DNA from: Actinomycetota bacterium
GTDB lineage: Bacteria; Actinomycetota; CADDZG01; WHSQ01
Reading direction: 5' to 3'
DNA length: 64,000 bases
NCBI GenBank assembly: GCA_030447315.1
Contig: JAUJPD010000005.1
Location: forward strand, 95,140-159,139
In this document: one piece after another, positions 31,654 through 41,077 of the stretch
Position numbering within the stretch: the stretch's first letter is position 1
Layout: each line of letters starts with the position of its first letter
Program-made: the position numbers and the translations under genes
The notes under the pieces: generated by a model
Databases searched by the model: none
What the model was told of the DNA's origin: nothing
The model's input: only the letters and a program-made list of their open reading frames with translations

Positions 31654-32588
31654 TGCGCGGCGGTGTTGCGGGCGCGATCGCGGCCGGCTGGATTAGCGAC
31701 AGGGCGCTCGGCGATCCTGCTCGGCTGCATCCGGTTGCCGGATTTGGTCAGGCCGCCGCCGCGCTCGAGCGACGCACATGGCGACCGACCAGGGCGGCGG
31801 GGGTTGCCCACGTCGCAGCGCTCGTGGGCGCTGTTGGAATCATGACGACCGTCGCAGACCGGCTGCTCGCAAGGTGGCCGTTTCGTCGCACCGTATTTCG
31901 TGCGGGGCTGGTCTGGGCGACGCTGGGGGGACACTCGCTTGAGCGCGCGGCTCTTGCGCTGGCACGCGAGCTCGAGGCCGGCAGGCTCGATGGGGCGCGA
32001 GCGCTTGCGCCGACCCTCGTCGGTCGCGACCCGTCGATCCTTGACGCGCCGGAGCTCAGCCGGGCCGCCGTCGAGTCTGTGGCCGAGAACACGAGCGACG
32101 CAGTCCTTGCGCCGCTCCTGTGGACTGTGCTGCTCGGCCTGCCTGGAGCGACGGTGTACCGAGCGATCAACACGCTCGACGCCATGTTGGGCCACCGTGA
32201 CGAGCGCTACCGGAACTTCGGCTGGGCCGCGGCCCGGCTCGATGATCTGGTCAACTGGCCTGCCGCCCGAGCGAGTGCTCTGCTCGCCGTTGCTTGGGCG
32301 CCCGCACTCGGCGGCAGTCGCCAGGCCGCGTGGCGGTCGGCCTGGCGGGACGGGGCAGCCCACCCGAGCCCGAATGCAGGCCGCGTCGAGGGAGCCTTCG
32401 CGGGCGCGCTGGGGGTCCGGCTCGGCGGCCTCAACCGCTATTCCTCAGGACCCGAATGGCGACCGCTGCTGGGAGTCGGAGCGACCCCCGACGTGAGCGA
32501 TATCGCTCGAGCCGTCGATCTCGCTCGACTAGTCAGCGCCTCCGCAGGCATCGGCTGCGTGCTCCTCGCCTGGGGGCTGCGCAGGTGA
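31653..32588 (+). CDS. cbiB: adenosylcobinamide-phosphate synthase
   Basis: HPVAGFGQAAAALE..NTSDAVLAPLLW..SPNAGRVEGAFAGALGVRLGG, CbiB/CobD type membrane protein. Confidence 0.9.
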   Translation: MRGGVAGAIAAGWISDRALGDPARLHPVAGFGQAAAALERRTWRPTRAAGVAHVAALVGAVGIMTTVADRLLARWPFRRTVFRAGLVWATLGGHSLERAALALARELEAGRLDGARALAPTLVGRDPSILDAPELSRAAVESVAENTSDAVLAPLLWTVLLGLPGATVYRAINTLDAMLGHRDERYRNFGWAAARLDDLVNWPAARASALLAVAWAPALGGSRQAAWRSAWRDGAAHPSPNAGRVEGAFAGALGVRLGGLNRYSSGPEWRPLLGVGATPDVSDIARAVDLARLVSASAGIGCVLLAWGLRR

Positions 32589-33589
32589 GCTTGCGCACCC
32601 ATGGCGACACGATGGCGTGCCCGGGCACGCTCGACTTCGCCGTCAATGTCTGGCCGGAGCGTCCACCGATGCTCGAAGCCGCGTTCGTGCAGGCGCTCTC
32701 GCAGAGTCGGGCATACCCAAACGAGTCCCCGGCGCGGGAATCGATCGCAGCCGCACACGGCCGGAGTGTCGATGAGGTGCTGCTGCTAAACGGCGCCTGC
32801 GAGGCGTTTTGGTTGCTCGCCCACGCCTTTCGCCCGAAGCTCGCCGCCTGCATCCACCCGAGCTTCACCGAGCCCGAGGCCGCGTTGCGCGCGGCTGGCG
32901 CCGAGGTCGTCCAGGTCCCCAGAGATCCGGAGCGTTGGAGCTTCGACCCGAGGCATGTTTCCGAGGACGCGGAGATGGTCGTGCTCGGCAACCCCAACAA
33001 TCCGACTGGGAGCCTCGATCGACCGGACCACATCGCATCACTTGCGCGGCAGCGGCGGTTGCTCGTCGTCGACGAGTCCTTTATGGACTTCGTGGTGGAT
33101 GAGGGCGGGACGCTTGCCCGGCGCAGTGAGCTGCCAGGCCTCGTCGTCGTGCGGAGTCTGACGAAGCTCTGGTCGCTCCCCGGCATCCGCGCTGGGTACC
33201 TGCTCGCCCCGCCGGAGGTTGTCGAGGTTTTAGCGGGAAGCCGACAACCCTGGAGCGTGAACGCGCTCGCCTGCGCGGCGCTCGCGGCGTGCGCCGACGA
33301 TGCAGTGACGCCGCGCCGCGTCTCCTTGCAGGTCGCGGAGGCGCGGGCGGAGCTGCTCGAAGGTTTGCGGTGCCTGCCCCAGATACGCGTTTGGCCTTCC
33401 GAAGCCAATTTCATTCTGCTGCAAGCCAGAGATGGTCGGATCCTGTGCGAAGACCTTCGCCGGCTCGGGGTAGCCGTTCGTCCGGCGGCTTCGTTCCCGG
33501 GCCTGGACCACGATTATCTCCGCGTCGCCGTGCGTCCCCGCGAGGACAACCTCGTCCTACTCGAAGCGTTGAGCGCGCTCTGCTCCTGA
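32585..33589 (+). CDS. cobD: threonine-phosphate decarboxylase (class I/II aminotransferase fold)
   Basis: GTGA overlap with cbiB. DFAVNVWPERPP..YPNESP..VVLGNPNNPTG..VVDESFMDF..VRSLTKLWSLPGIRAGY. Confidence 0.8.
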   Translation: MSLRTHGDTMACPGTLDFAVNVWPERPPMLEAAFVQALSQSRAYPNESPARESIAAAHGRSVDEVLLLNGACEAFWLLAHAFRPKLAACIHPSFTEPEAALRAAGAEVVQVPRDPERWSFDPRHVSEDAEMVVLGNPNNPTGSLDRPDHIASLARQRRLLVVDESFMDFVVDEGGTLARRSELPGLVVVRSLTKLWSLPGIRAGYLLAPPEVVEVLAGSRQPWSVNALACAALAACADDAVTPRRVSLQVAEARAELLEGLRCLPQIRVWPSEANFILLQARDGRILCEDLRRLGVAVRPAASFPGLDHDYLRVAVRPREDNLVLLEALSALCS

Positions 33590-34128
33590 TGGCGCTCGTT
33601 CTCCTCCTCGGCGGCGCCCGCAGCGGAAAGTCCGAGCTAGCGGTGCGTCTTGCCAAAGGCCAGAGCGCGCCGGTGGTCTTCGTAGCGACCGCAGAAGCCC
33701 GTGACGACGACATGGCCGAGCGCATCGAGCGCCACCGCGCAGAGCGCCCTGCTGCGTGGCAGACATGCGAGGAGCAGCTTCACCTGATGCAGACGCTTGA
33801 AGGCATCCCCGCAGAGAGCTGCGTCATCCTCGACTGTTTAACGCTTTGGGCTGCGAACGCACTCGAGCGTGTGGGCGCTGACGACGCTGAAGAGCAAGCA
33901 CGGAACGCTGCTCGTGCCGCGGCGCGGCGAAGCGGCCTGACGGTCGTCGTCTCGAACGAGGTCGGGCTCGGCATCGTGCCCGCCAACGGTCTGGCCCGCG
34001 CCTACCGCGACCTCCTTGGCCGCGTGAACACGATCTGGGCCGAAGCAGCCGAGCGGGTCTTTCTCCTCGTTGCCGGGCGAGCGCTTGAGCTCAAGCCCTC
34101 TGCGTCTCTGCTGGAGGAGCAGCCGTAA
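33589..34128 (+). CDS. cobU: adenosylcobinamide kinase / adenosylcobinamide-phosphate guanylyltransferase
   Basis: LLLGGARSGKSELA..FVATAEARDDDMAERIERHRAERP..VVSNEVGLGIVP. Confidence 0.9.
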   Translation: MALVLLLGGARSGKSELAVRLAKGQSAPVVFVATAEARDDDMAERIERHRAERPAAWQTCEEQLHLMQTLEGIPAESCVILDCLTLWAANALERVGADDAEEQARNAARAAARRSGLTVVVSNEVGLGIVPANGLARAYRDLLGRVNTIWAEAAERVFLLVAGRALELKPSASLLEEQP

Positions 34129-34151
34129 ACGGCGCCGCCGAGCTCCGTGCG

Positions 34152-34882
34152 GTGCCGGCCGCACTGGCCTTCCTGACCCGTATCCCTGTCGGGCGCTGGT
34201 TCGACTTCGACGGTGAGGACGTCGCCCGTGCCGGGCTCGTGTTCCCTCTGGTCGGTGCCGCGATCGGAGCGATGATCGGCGCGACAGCGGTCCTTCTCGA
34301 CCGGACGCTCCCGCCATTCCTCGCGGTCGCTTTAGCGCTTGCACTGCAGGTCTCGCTGACCGGAGCGCTGCATGTCGGCGCGCTTGCCGACACCGCCGAC
34401 GCAATGGGCGGGCGTTCGCGCAAGCACGCACTAGAGATCATGCGCGACCCGCGATCGGATCCTACGGCGCGGTCGCGCTCGCACTCAGCCTGCTCATCAA
34501 GACGACTGCTCTAGTCGCGCTGCTCGAACACGACCACGTCATAGCAGTAATGGTGGCTTCTGGAGCGCTCTCCCGTGCCACGCCCGTTGTGTTGGCCGCG
34601 TGGCTTCCCTATGCGTGTCGGTTCAGGCACGGAAGCTCGCTCACCCGCGGAGGGCATGGCCGCGCAGCACTGGCTGCGGGACTGGCTGTCGCCATAGCGT
34701 TTCTCGTAAGCGCAGCGGATGCGGCGATTCTTGCGGCGTGTGCGGGGAGCTGTTTAGTGCTGCTCGGCTTAGGCTTCCGCCGTTGGCTCGGCGGAGTAAC
34801 CGGCGACACGCTGGGAGCAGCGATAGAGGTAGTCGAGCTCGCTGTGCTTGTTGGCGCGGTAGCTCTGTTCGATGCCGGATAG
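34152..34882 (+). pseudogene. cobS: adenosylcobinamide-GDP ribazoletransferase (cobalamin synthase), one frame change near 34450-34455
   Basis: LAFLTRIPV..TGALHVGALADTADAMGG..ALEIMRDPR continues after a 1-nt shift as IGSYGAVALALSLLIKT..MVASGALSRA..WLGGVTGDTLGA. Confidence 0.85.
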
Positions 34883-34950
34883 GTGTCGTCACTCGGAACT
34901 TCGGCGAGTAAACCCGTGACTATGTGGTGGGGAGTCATTCTCTCTACTCC

Positions 34951-34983
34951 GTGTGCTGAAGGTCGCACTCGCCCCTCCGACAC
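34951..34983 (+). repeat. att-like direct repeat R2
   Basis: GTGTGCTGAAGGTCGCACTCGCCCCTCCGACAC. 30/33 identical to R1, in the same orientation as the tRNA-Leu 3' end. Confidence 0.65.
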
Positions 34984-35130
34984 GTCCGTAAGTACACGCG
35001 GGGTCAGCTCCACCACGACCTCCGCGTGGACAGGGTCGTAGCTCAGACGCAGTCCCATCTGGAGCTCCGATTTGAGTCCCGCATCGGCTTCCCGAGTGCC
35101 AATGGCTATCTCGCCCAGCTGAGCGACGAG
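34951..35130 (-). pseudogene. possible C-terminal remnant of a recombinase (large serine recombinase-like tail)
   Basis: The minus-strand reading ..IRALVAQLGEIAIGTREADAGLKSELQMGLRLSYDPVHAEVVVELTPRVLTDVSEGRVRPSAH resembles, from memory only, the tail of actinobacterial recombinase-family proteins. A degenerate counterpart (..PPRTGKSWVSEGRVEPSAH) spans R1. Confidence 0.3.
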
Positions 35131-35530
35131 GGCCCGAATCTGGACTTCTGACGGCGTCTGTGGTTGGAGCTCGAGGAGTCCCGCTCGGCGAGACCCTTGG
35201 CTGTTGTGACTTCGAATCCATCCCGCAAGTGTGTGCGTCCGGCCAAAGTTCCTTCTGCACCTCGGCTGAGTAGGCACTGACTCGAGCATCCAGGCAAGAC
35301 TGCTTGAGTCGGGCGACCATAAACGTCGATCTCGGGCACCACTCCGGGATCAGTATCAAGAAGTCTCGGGGACGTTGGGTGACAGGAATCCACTCCCTCG
35401 GATGCGGAGGCCACGATCTTGACGTCTGTGAATCCGGCCCGTCTCAGCTGCATCAGAAACAGCATTTGATGGTCTTTGTCGTCCTCAATGACGAGTGCCG
35501 GGATGTTCTCCAGACTCTGCCGACTCTCTT
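35100..35530 (-). pseudogene. response-regulator receiver domain remnant (start lost, at least two frame changes)
   Basis: NIPALVIEDDKDHQMLFLMQLRRAGFTDVKIVASASEG, then ILIPEW..FMVARLKQ.. and ..LQPQTPSEVQIRALV in other frames. There is a TAA immediately upstream and no start codon before the DD pair. Confidence 0.5.
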
Positions 35531-36094
35531 CCCCAACAGCTTAGCCACCGCGTTTCGTTCCACTCTCTGCCGACAACTCGTTCCCGGCCCCTGCGGCAGA
35601 ACTTCGTATCTGGCCGCACCCCAGCATTGCTCATGGTTCACGACCGCGTGATGCCATCATCGATCAGCCGGTCCTGACTCAGCGGGGCGATTGGCACCCT
35701 TCGCTTGTCTGCGGACTGGTCATACGACCGCTCAAGAACCACGCAAAACGGGCACAGGCGCCAAGGGTTCCTCGGCGGGCGCTGCGTCCTAACCATCCTG
35801 ATTACCTATGGCATGACACGGTTTCGCCCTCCAAGCTTGCACTACGGATCAACGAGAGGGCAAGGCGTGGCCAACTATCTGAACTCGCTGGAGCACCAGA
35901 AGCTGAAGTCATGCTTCAAGGCACTCTCGTACCTCATGGTGTTCGCGTTCCGCGACAGTCGCTTTCTCGTGGTTCCATAACGAGCGCCTGGAGGCGAAGG
36001 GGCACCTAGAGGACAGGTTCTCCCGCGCGGACGTAGGTGCGGAGTTCATAGGCTCCTATCTCCACGATGTCGCCGCTCGCCAGCGGCGTACGCG

Positions 36095-38343
36095 GTGAGC
36101 GCCGGGTTCTCGTCGAGCACCTCGAACAAGACCATCAAGCGCTTCGTGGCCTCGTTTGATTTCAGCGCCGCAGTCCTCCTCGACCACAACGGTCACATCG
36201 TTGCGCTCTCTCTAAGGGAGCAGCGAAGCCTGGTGATGAAGCAGCCTCCCGATACCCTCATCTTGCCGCTGCCGTTCACGAGCGAAGGATCGCTATATCG
36301 CCGGTTGTCCAGTCATTGGCGCAGGAGCAACCGATCGTCGCGATAGCCGTTCCGTTTACCAACCATGGTCAGCGCCTCACCATCGCGGGGGTATGTACGT
36401 CCAGAGGACCCCGCTCAAGCAGTACCTCGCTGGAGTCGCATCACTCAGCGGCGCGCAGTCCCGCATAGTGGATTCGAACGGGAACTATGTTTCTGAAACA
36501 GAAGTCGCAAGTGACGTCTTCGCTCCTGAAGACGGCTTCGCTGCGCGGCGCGACATCCCCGGCGCCCCGTGGGTCCTGGAGGCGGCTGTGCCTTCGCGCC
36601 CTTTACGGCGGCGTCCCCGGGACGGACTTGTTCCCCTACTTCGCCAGCTTCTCTGTAGGTCTGACAGGTGCGCTGGTGCTGTTCCTGGTACGCCGGGTCC
36701 GCAAGGGAACACGAGAGTTGGTCGCCGCTCTCGCGGTCCAGGATCGGGAACTTCGTCGAACGGTCCAGCTTGTCGCCGCGAAAGAGAAGGCTGAGGCGGA
36801 GCTGCGCGATGCACTTGAGCAGACGAGGACGCTCCTCGACCAGCTACCCGTGGGGGTGAGCTTCCGGCTTGCAAACGATACATATGCCGAGGTGAATGAC
36901 GCGGCGGCCGACCTGCTTGAGGTGCCCGTAGCAGAGATGACCTGCTGGACAGCTGCCGATTTCGTCCGGGTCTTGAATCCGCGGCAGGCACATGACGGGG
37001 TGCGCGTCGATCCGAGCGAGCTCCCTTCGTCTAAAGCGATGACGGAAGGTGCAGTTAGCAGCGGGGTCGAGATGCTGATCGATACCCCGTCTGGGAGTAC
37101 GAAACACATCTCGGTCGATGCCGCGCCGATCAGGAGTCGGGACGGCGAGATAAGAGGCGGCGTGGCCATCTTTACTGACGTGACGCGGGAGCGCGCTCTC
37201 GAGGATGAGGTCCGGCAGGCACAGAAGCTAGAGGCGGTGGGGCGTCTCGCGGGAGGCGTAGCTCATGATTTCAACAACCTGTTGGCGGTCATCCTCAACT
37301 ACGCGCAGTTCGTCGTCGACGACGCCGAGGATGGTGCGCTGCAACTTGAGGACGTAAGGCAGATCCAAAGCGCAGCGACGAAGGCCGCTGAAGTGGTCAA
37401 GCAACTCCTCGCCTTCTCCCGCAAGGACGCTGTCACTCTCAAGGCAGTCGATCTGAATGTAGAGGTGTCAGAAACGATGACATTGCTCGAACGTGTGCTA
37501 GGCGAGCACATCGAGCTTCAGTTCGTCGCTGGAGCGGCCCTGCCAAAGGTGACCGCGGACGTGACGCAGCTTCAGCAGGTCCTGTTGAATCTGGCCGTCA
37601 ATGCCCGCAACGCGATGCCTAAGGGCGGTTGTCTGAAGATCTCAACGACGCTGGACGCACGAGAGGGACGGCCGTTTATCCGGTTGCTGATGCAAGACAG
37701 CGGTTGTGGCATAGCACCCGAGGTACTCCCGAACATCTTTGAGCCCTTCTTCACGACTAAAGGGGTCGGTGAAGGCACGGGGCTCGGGCTGGCAAGCGTC
37801 TACGGCATCATGCAGCGTCTGGGTGGCGACGTAGCCGTCGAGTCGGTCGTGGGCAGAGGGACTACGTTCTCGTTGTCGTTCCCCGCCGCAGTGGAGGAAA
37901 GCGACTGTCGCGCGGTCGATCCAGGTGACGGAGAAGTTGCGGGCGGTCGCCAGCGCGTGGTGGTCGTCGAAGACGAGGACGGCGTCCGCAACGTGGCCGA
38001 GCGTCTGCTGAGACGAGCGGGTTTCCACGTGAGTTCTTTTGCCAGTCCGCGCCACGCGCTCGACTACATAACCTCGAAGGCGAGCTCCTTCGACCTGCTG
38101 CTGAGCGACATGGTCATGCCGGAGATGGGAGGGGTTGAGCTTGCCAGGCAGGTGGTGGAACTGGTCGATGTACCTGTGCTTTTCATGACGGGATATTCCG
38201 ACGACATCCTCAGCGGATACGACAACCTCAACTTCCAGGCGACCGTCCTGCAGAAGCCGTTCACGCGTGATTCGATGCTGCACAGTGTCGCGGAAGCCCT
38301 GTCGGCAACGACCCTCGGTCTATCGTCGGCACTATCGGAGTGA
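36095..38343 (+). pseudogene. hybrid sensor histidine kinase (Cache-like sensor, TM, PAS, HisKA, HATPase, receiver); sensor region has at least three frame changes
   Basis: The 36487-38343 frame is intact: H-box AHDFNNLLAVI, NARNAM, DSGCGI, GTGLGLA, and receiver VVVVEDEDG..LLLSDMVMPEMGG..KPF. Upstream sensor blocks (FDFSAAVLLDHNGHIVAL; GDEAASRYPHLAAAV..ISPVVQSLAQEQPIVAIAVPF; RIVDSNGNYVSE) sit in three other frames. No N-terminal TM was found. Confidence 0.8.
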
Positions 38344-38516
38344 CAGCGGGCTCGAGGAGAGCGCGTAGCCGCTGGCGCTAGATCGCCGGGGTGGTTCGGT
38401 TGTGGCGCCACCACTGCGAGGTCCGGCGTCTCGTTGCGCGCAAGTCGCGGATTCGTCACGTTTAACGCCGGCCCCGGCGGCGGCCGCCGGTAAACCCCTC
38501 CCCACCCGGCACGCAA

Positions 38517-38540
38517 GGAGCCCGGCTTCGGCCGGGCTCC
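38517..38540. terminator. bidirectional hairpin between the convergent kinase and carbonic anhydrase genes
   Basis: Perfect 10-bp stem GGAGCCCGGC / GCCGGGCTCC with a TTCG tetraloop. There is no strong U-tract. Confidence 0.5.
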
Positions 38541-38567
38541 GGCGCGTGAACAGACGGGTCATGGGAT

Positions 38568-39056
38568 CTAGGCCCCGGCCTCTCTGACGAGTCCGGTGAC
38601 TACGTCGTACACGAACCCCTTGACCGTTGCGAACCGGAGATAAGGGCTTTGATCGATGGCCGCGACCGAATCTCGAAGGCCCTGGTCGAGGTCTTCCATC
38701 GCTCCCAGGTCGAACGGAGGAAGGACCCCAGCTTGGCAGTGGCCTGTGTCTTCAGCTCTTCTTCGGTGAAGGGCGCATCTTGCAGTCGGTGTGGTGGATG
38801 ACGACAGCGTGTTCGGCCCCAAGATGCTGGAGATGAGCAACGACCTGATCGCGTCATCCGTTACGGCGCCACCTGCATTCCGCAGCACATGTGCCTCGCC
38901 CGGTTCGAGGCCCAGAACCTTGTGAACGTCGATCCGAGCATCCATGCACGTGAGGACTGCCAGCTTTTTCACCGGGGCCGCCGCCAGATCGGAACCGGAG
39001 AACGTCTCCGCATATCGACGGTTGTTTGCCACAAGCTCGTCGAAAGGATCCATCAC
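38568..39056 (-). pseudogene. beta-class carbonic anhydrase, three frame changes around 38700-38860
   Basis: LAVLTCMDARID..HVLRNAGGAVTDDAIRSLLIS in the main frame; LGAEHAVVIHHTDCKM and FTEEELKTQ in the other two frames; the main frame resumes with MEDLDQGLRDSV..VKGFVYDVVTG. Confidence 0.75.
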
Positions 39057-39153
39057 GACCTCACGCGACGACCTGCGCGGGTCGGCATCTGGTCCTTGTC
39101 AGGATGCCTCAGCACCTGAACCACCCCCAGTTACCTCGAGCTGTATCAGCACT

Positions 39154-39270
39154 GCGGGCTCCCATCGACGTAAGCCACCAGGTATTCGTAACGGTATCGG
39201 CTCTGCTAGGAACTTGTCCTACTTCGGCTTCCTGGGCCCGAACGGGCCGGCAAGACATCATGAAGAGTGA
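39154..39270 (+). repeat. degenerate duplicate of the ABC-transporter leader and 5' coding end (copy A; copy B at 40959-41250)
   Basis: GCGGGCTCCCATCGACGTAAGCCACCAGGTATTCGTAACGGTATCGGC matches 40961-41005. The adjacent ..TTCGGCTTCCTGGGCCCGAACGGGCCGGCAAGACATCATGAAG (FGFLGPNG) matches the Walker-A region at about 41185-41250. About 160 nt is missing in between. Confidence 0.65.
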
Positions 39271-39286
39271 TCAGAGGTTCGGGCGC

Positions 39287-39565
39287 CTAGCCAGTTCCCG
39301 CCCCATGCTGGGCGGGGGCCCCTTCGTCGGGCATGGCAGCCGGCGGGGCGGCCCAAGCTGATCTCGGTTGGGCGCGGTGCCAGGCCCACGTGAGCAAAAG
39401 CACCACGATCGTCGAAAGGACCGCTCCCACGATGGCGCCCATCACTGGATAGACCGCGCTCTCTAGCTCAGGACTTTGGACGGTGCGATCCAACCACCAC
39501 AGCCCGGCTCGGTATCCGAGCAGGGCCCCAACAGCCGGTGTCAGGAGCACAAGGACCATCTTCAT
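39287..39565 (-). CDS. hypothetical small membrane protein
   Basis: The internal Met gives MKMVLVLLTPAVGALLGY.. with two hydrophobic helices. No family recognised. Start uncertain. Confidence 0.3.
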   Translation of the reverse strand: MKMVLVLLTPAVGALLGYRAGLWWLDRTVQSPELESAVYPVMGAIVGAVLSTIVVLLLTWAWHRAQPRSAWAAPPAAMPDEGAPAQHGAGTG

Positions 39566-39758
39566 CTGGTACAGGCTAGCTTCACTCTTCGGCCACGCGG
39601 TTGAGCTGGGGGCCGGACCACGAAGAAGTAAACACCTCCGAGACGATTCCTGCGATTGGTACTTATCGTCGCGCGGAGTAGGCGAAACGTTTGCTCCGGC
39701 CGCAGTACTCGCATGCTCAGACATCCAGTAGACCTGACGCTGGACGGATAATCAGGCG

Positions 39759-40493
39759 ATGTTCACGGTCGAGGAGCGGGATCGGGTCCGCGAATACGTG
39801 CTGGAGCTCGCCGCCCGCGACCCACGTGTCGTCGCGGGGGCCGAGGTCGGCTCCCTCGCTCATGGCGAAGGTGACCGCTGGTCCGATCTCGACCTGACCT
39901 TCGGCGTGACCGAGGGCGTCGCGGCGACGGACATCCTCGACGACTGGACCAACGACCTCGTATCGCGATTCGATGCGGTTCATCTATTCGACCTCGTCGC
40001 CGATCCCGCCGTTTATCGGGTGTTCTTGCTGGCGGGTCACCTCCAGGTCGATGTCTCGGTGGCACCCGCGTCCAAGTTCCGAGCGACCAGCCCCCGCTTC
40101 AAGCTCTTGTTTGGGGAAACGAACGAACCCGAGTACGTCCAGCCCCCGTCCCGCGAGTACACGTTGGGCTGGGCGGTGCTCTGGGCTCGCCACGCCCGGA
40201 TATGCATCGAGCGGGAGCACCGGTGGCAGGCCGAGTACTGCATCTCTCATCTTCGTTACCAGGGGATGGAGCTCGCCTGCCTGCGTCATGATCTTCCGGC
40301 GTATTACAGCAAGGGAACCGATCGACTGCCCGCCGAGGATGCTGACGCTTTCGAAGGAGCGATCGTGCGATCACTGGATCCCGATGAGCTCCTGCGTGCG
40401 CTCAGCGCCGGGATCAGAGGATTGCTACGGGAGTGCGACCTCGCTTGCGACGACGAACGGATACGACAGCGGCTCCGCGAGATGGTGGGCTGA
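39759..40493 (+). CDS. nucleotidyltransferase-domain protein (ANT(6)/aminoglycoside adenylyltransferase-like fold)
   Basis: N-terminal pattern VVAGAEVGSLAHGEGDRWSDLDLTFGV (GS..D.D NTase motif) and a helical C-terminal half. The resemblance to the PF04439 type is from memory. Confidence 0.55.
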   Translation: MFTVEERDRVREYVLELAARDPRVVAGAEVGSLAHGEGDRWSDLDLTFGVTEGVAATDILDDWTNDLVSRFDAVHLFDLVADPAVYRVFLLAGHLQVDVSVAPASKFRATSPRFKLLFGETNEPEYVQPPSREYTLGWAVLWARHARICIEREHRWQAEYCISHLRYQGMELACLRHDLPAYYSKGTDRLPAEDADAFEGAIVRSLDPDELLRALSAGIRGLLRECDLACDDERIRQRLREMVG

Positions 40494-40556
40494 GGGGTTG
40501 TTCCCACACTCAACGCAAGCTGGTCGGAAGACCAGTTAGCGAGGGAAAGACCGCTT

Positions 40557-40958
40557 CTAACTCCGCTCGAGGATGGATCTCAACGTCTGAAGGTCGTCTC
40601 GGACTAGACGCGCGTCCTCGGCGAACCGCTCGTCCGAAGTGTCCGGTGACCTGAAGAGGGTGAACGTCACCTCTGCCCCCTCGCCGTTCGGGAGCACGCG
40701 CATCGGATTGAAGATCTGCTGCCCGCCTTTCAGCGTTACATAATGGTCTGCCACGCCTAGATCGTTGTGATCCACGAACGCGATCCTCACAGGGCCATCC
40801 GAGGTCGTGACGACCCAACCTTCTTCGTCTTTCGTGACTGACAACGCAAAGCCCCGCGCCCACTGCGGAAGATTGGCCGGGTTGACGATGAAGTCGTACA
40901 CATCCTGAGGCAGTCGTCGGATGGCGACGCTGAGGACTCTTGCCTCCATAAGAACCAC
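40557..40958 (-). CDS. SRPBCC-superfamily protein
   Basis: 133 aa. VAIRRLPQDVYDFIVNPANLPQWA.. is a typical START/AHSA1-like N-terminus. Confidence 0.55.
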   Translation of the reverse strand: MVLMEARVLSVAIRRLPQDVYDFIVNPANLPQWARGFALSVTKDEEGWVVTTSDGPVRIAFVDHNDLGVADHYVTLKGGQQIFNPMRVLPNGEGAEVTFTLFRSPDTSDERFAEDARLVRDDLQTLRSILERS

Positions 40959-41077
40959 CGCGGGCCTCCATCGACGTAAGCCACCAGGTATCGGTAACGG
41001 TACCGGCCCCCCTCCGAACTTGACCTTCCACTTGGCCCCCGCGATCTCTTTCGATACGGCTGATTAGGGTGCCGTAG

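Larger units (their letters stand above)
10019..34983. mobile_element. putative former genomic island whose cargo is the complete riboswitch-cbtBA-cob cluster (R1 to R2)
   Basis: Flanked by the 33-nt direct repeats R1 and R2. The riboswitch starts 320 nt after R1 and cobS ends 69 nt before R2. Hand counts on a few lines suggest higher GC than the flanks. Confidence 0.4.

Noticed and set aside
34609-35289. 226-aa minus-strand ORF as a real protein
   Set aside because: Its C-terminal half runs antisense through cobS with low-complexity Ala/Ser/Pro sequence. Only the 34951-35130 part has any recognisable character (recombinase-tail-like), and the upstream part belongs to receiver-domain fragments.
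40985-41007. Possible fourth att-like site (GGTACCGGCCCCCCTCCGAAC) sharing CCCCCCTCCGA with the tRNA-Leu 3' end
   Set aside because: Only about 11-12 contiguous nt match. The T-loop part and the GTGTGCTGAAGGT portion shared by R1 and R2 are absent. In GC-rich DNA this could be chance, and copy A at 39.2 kb does not share it.
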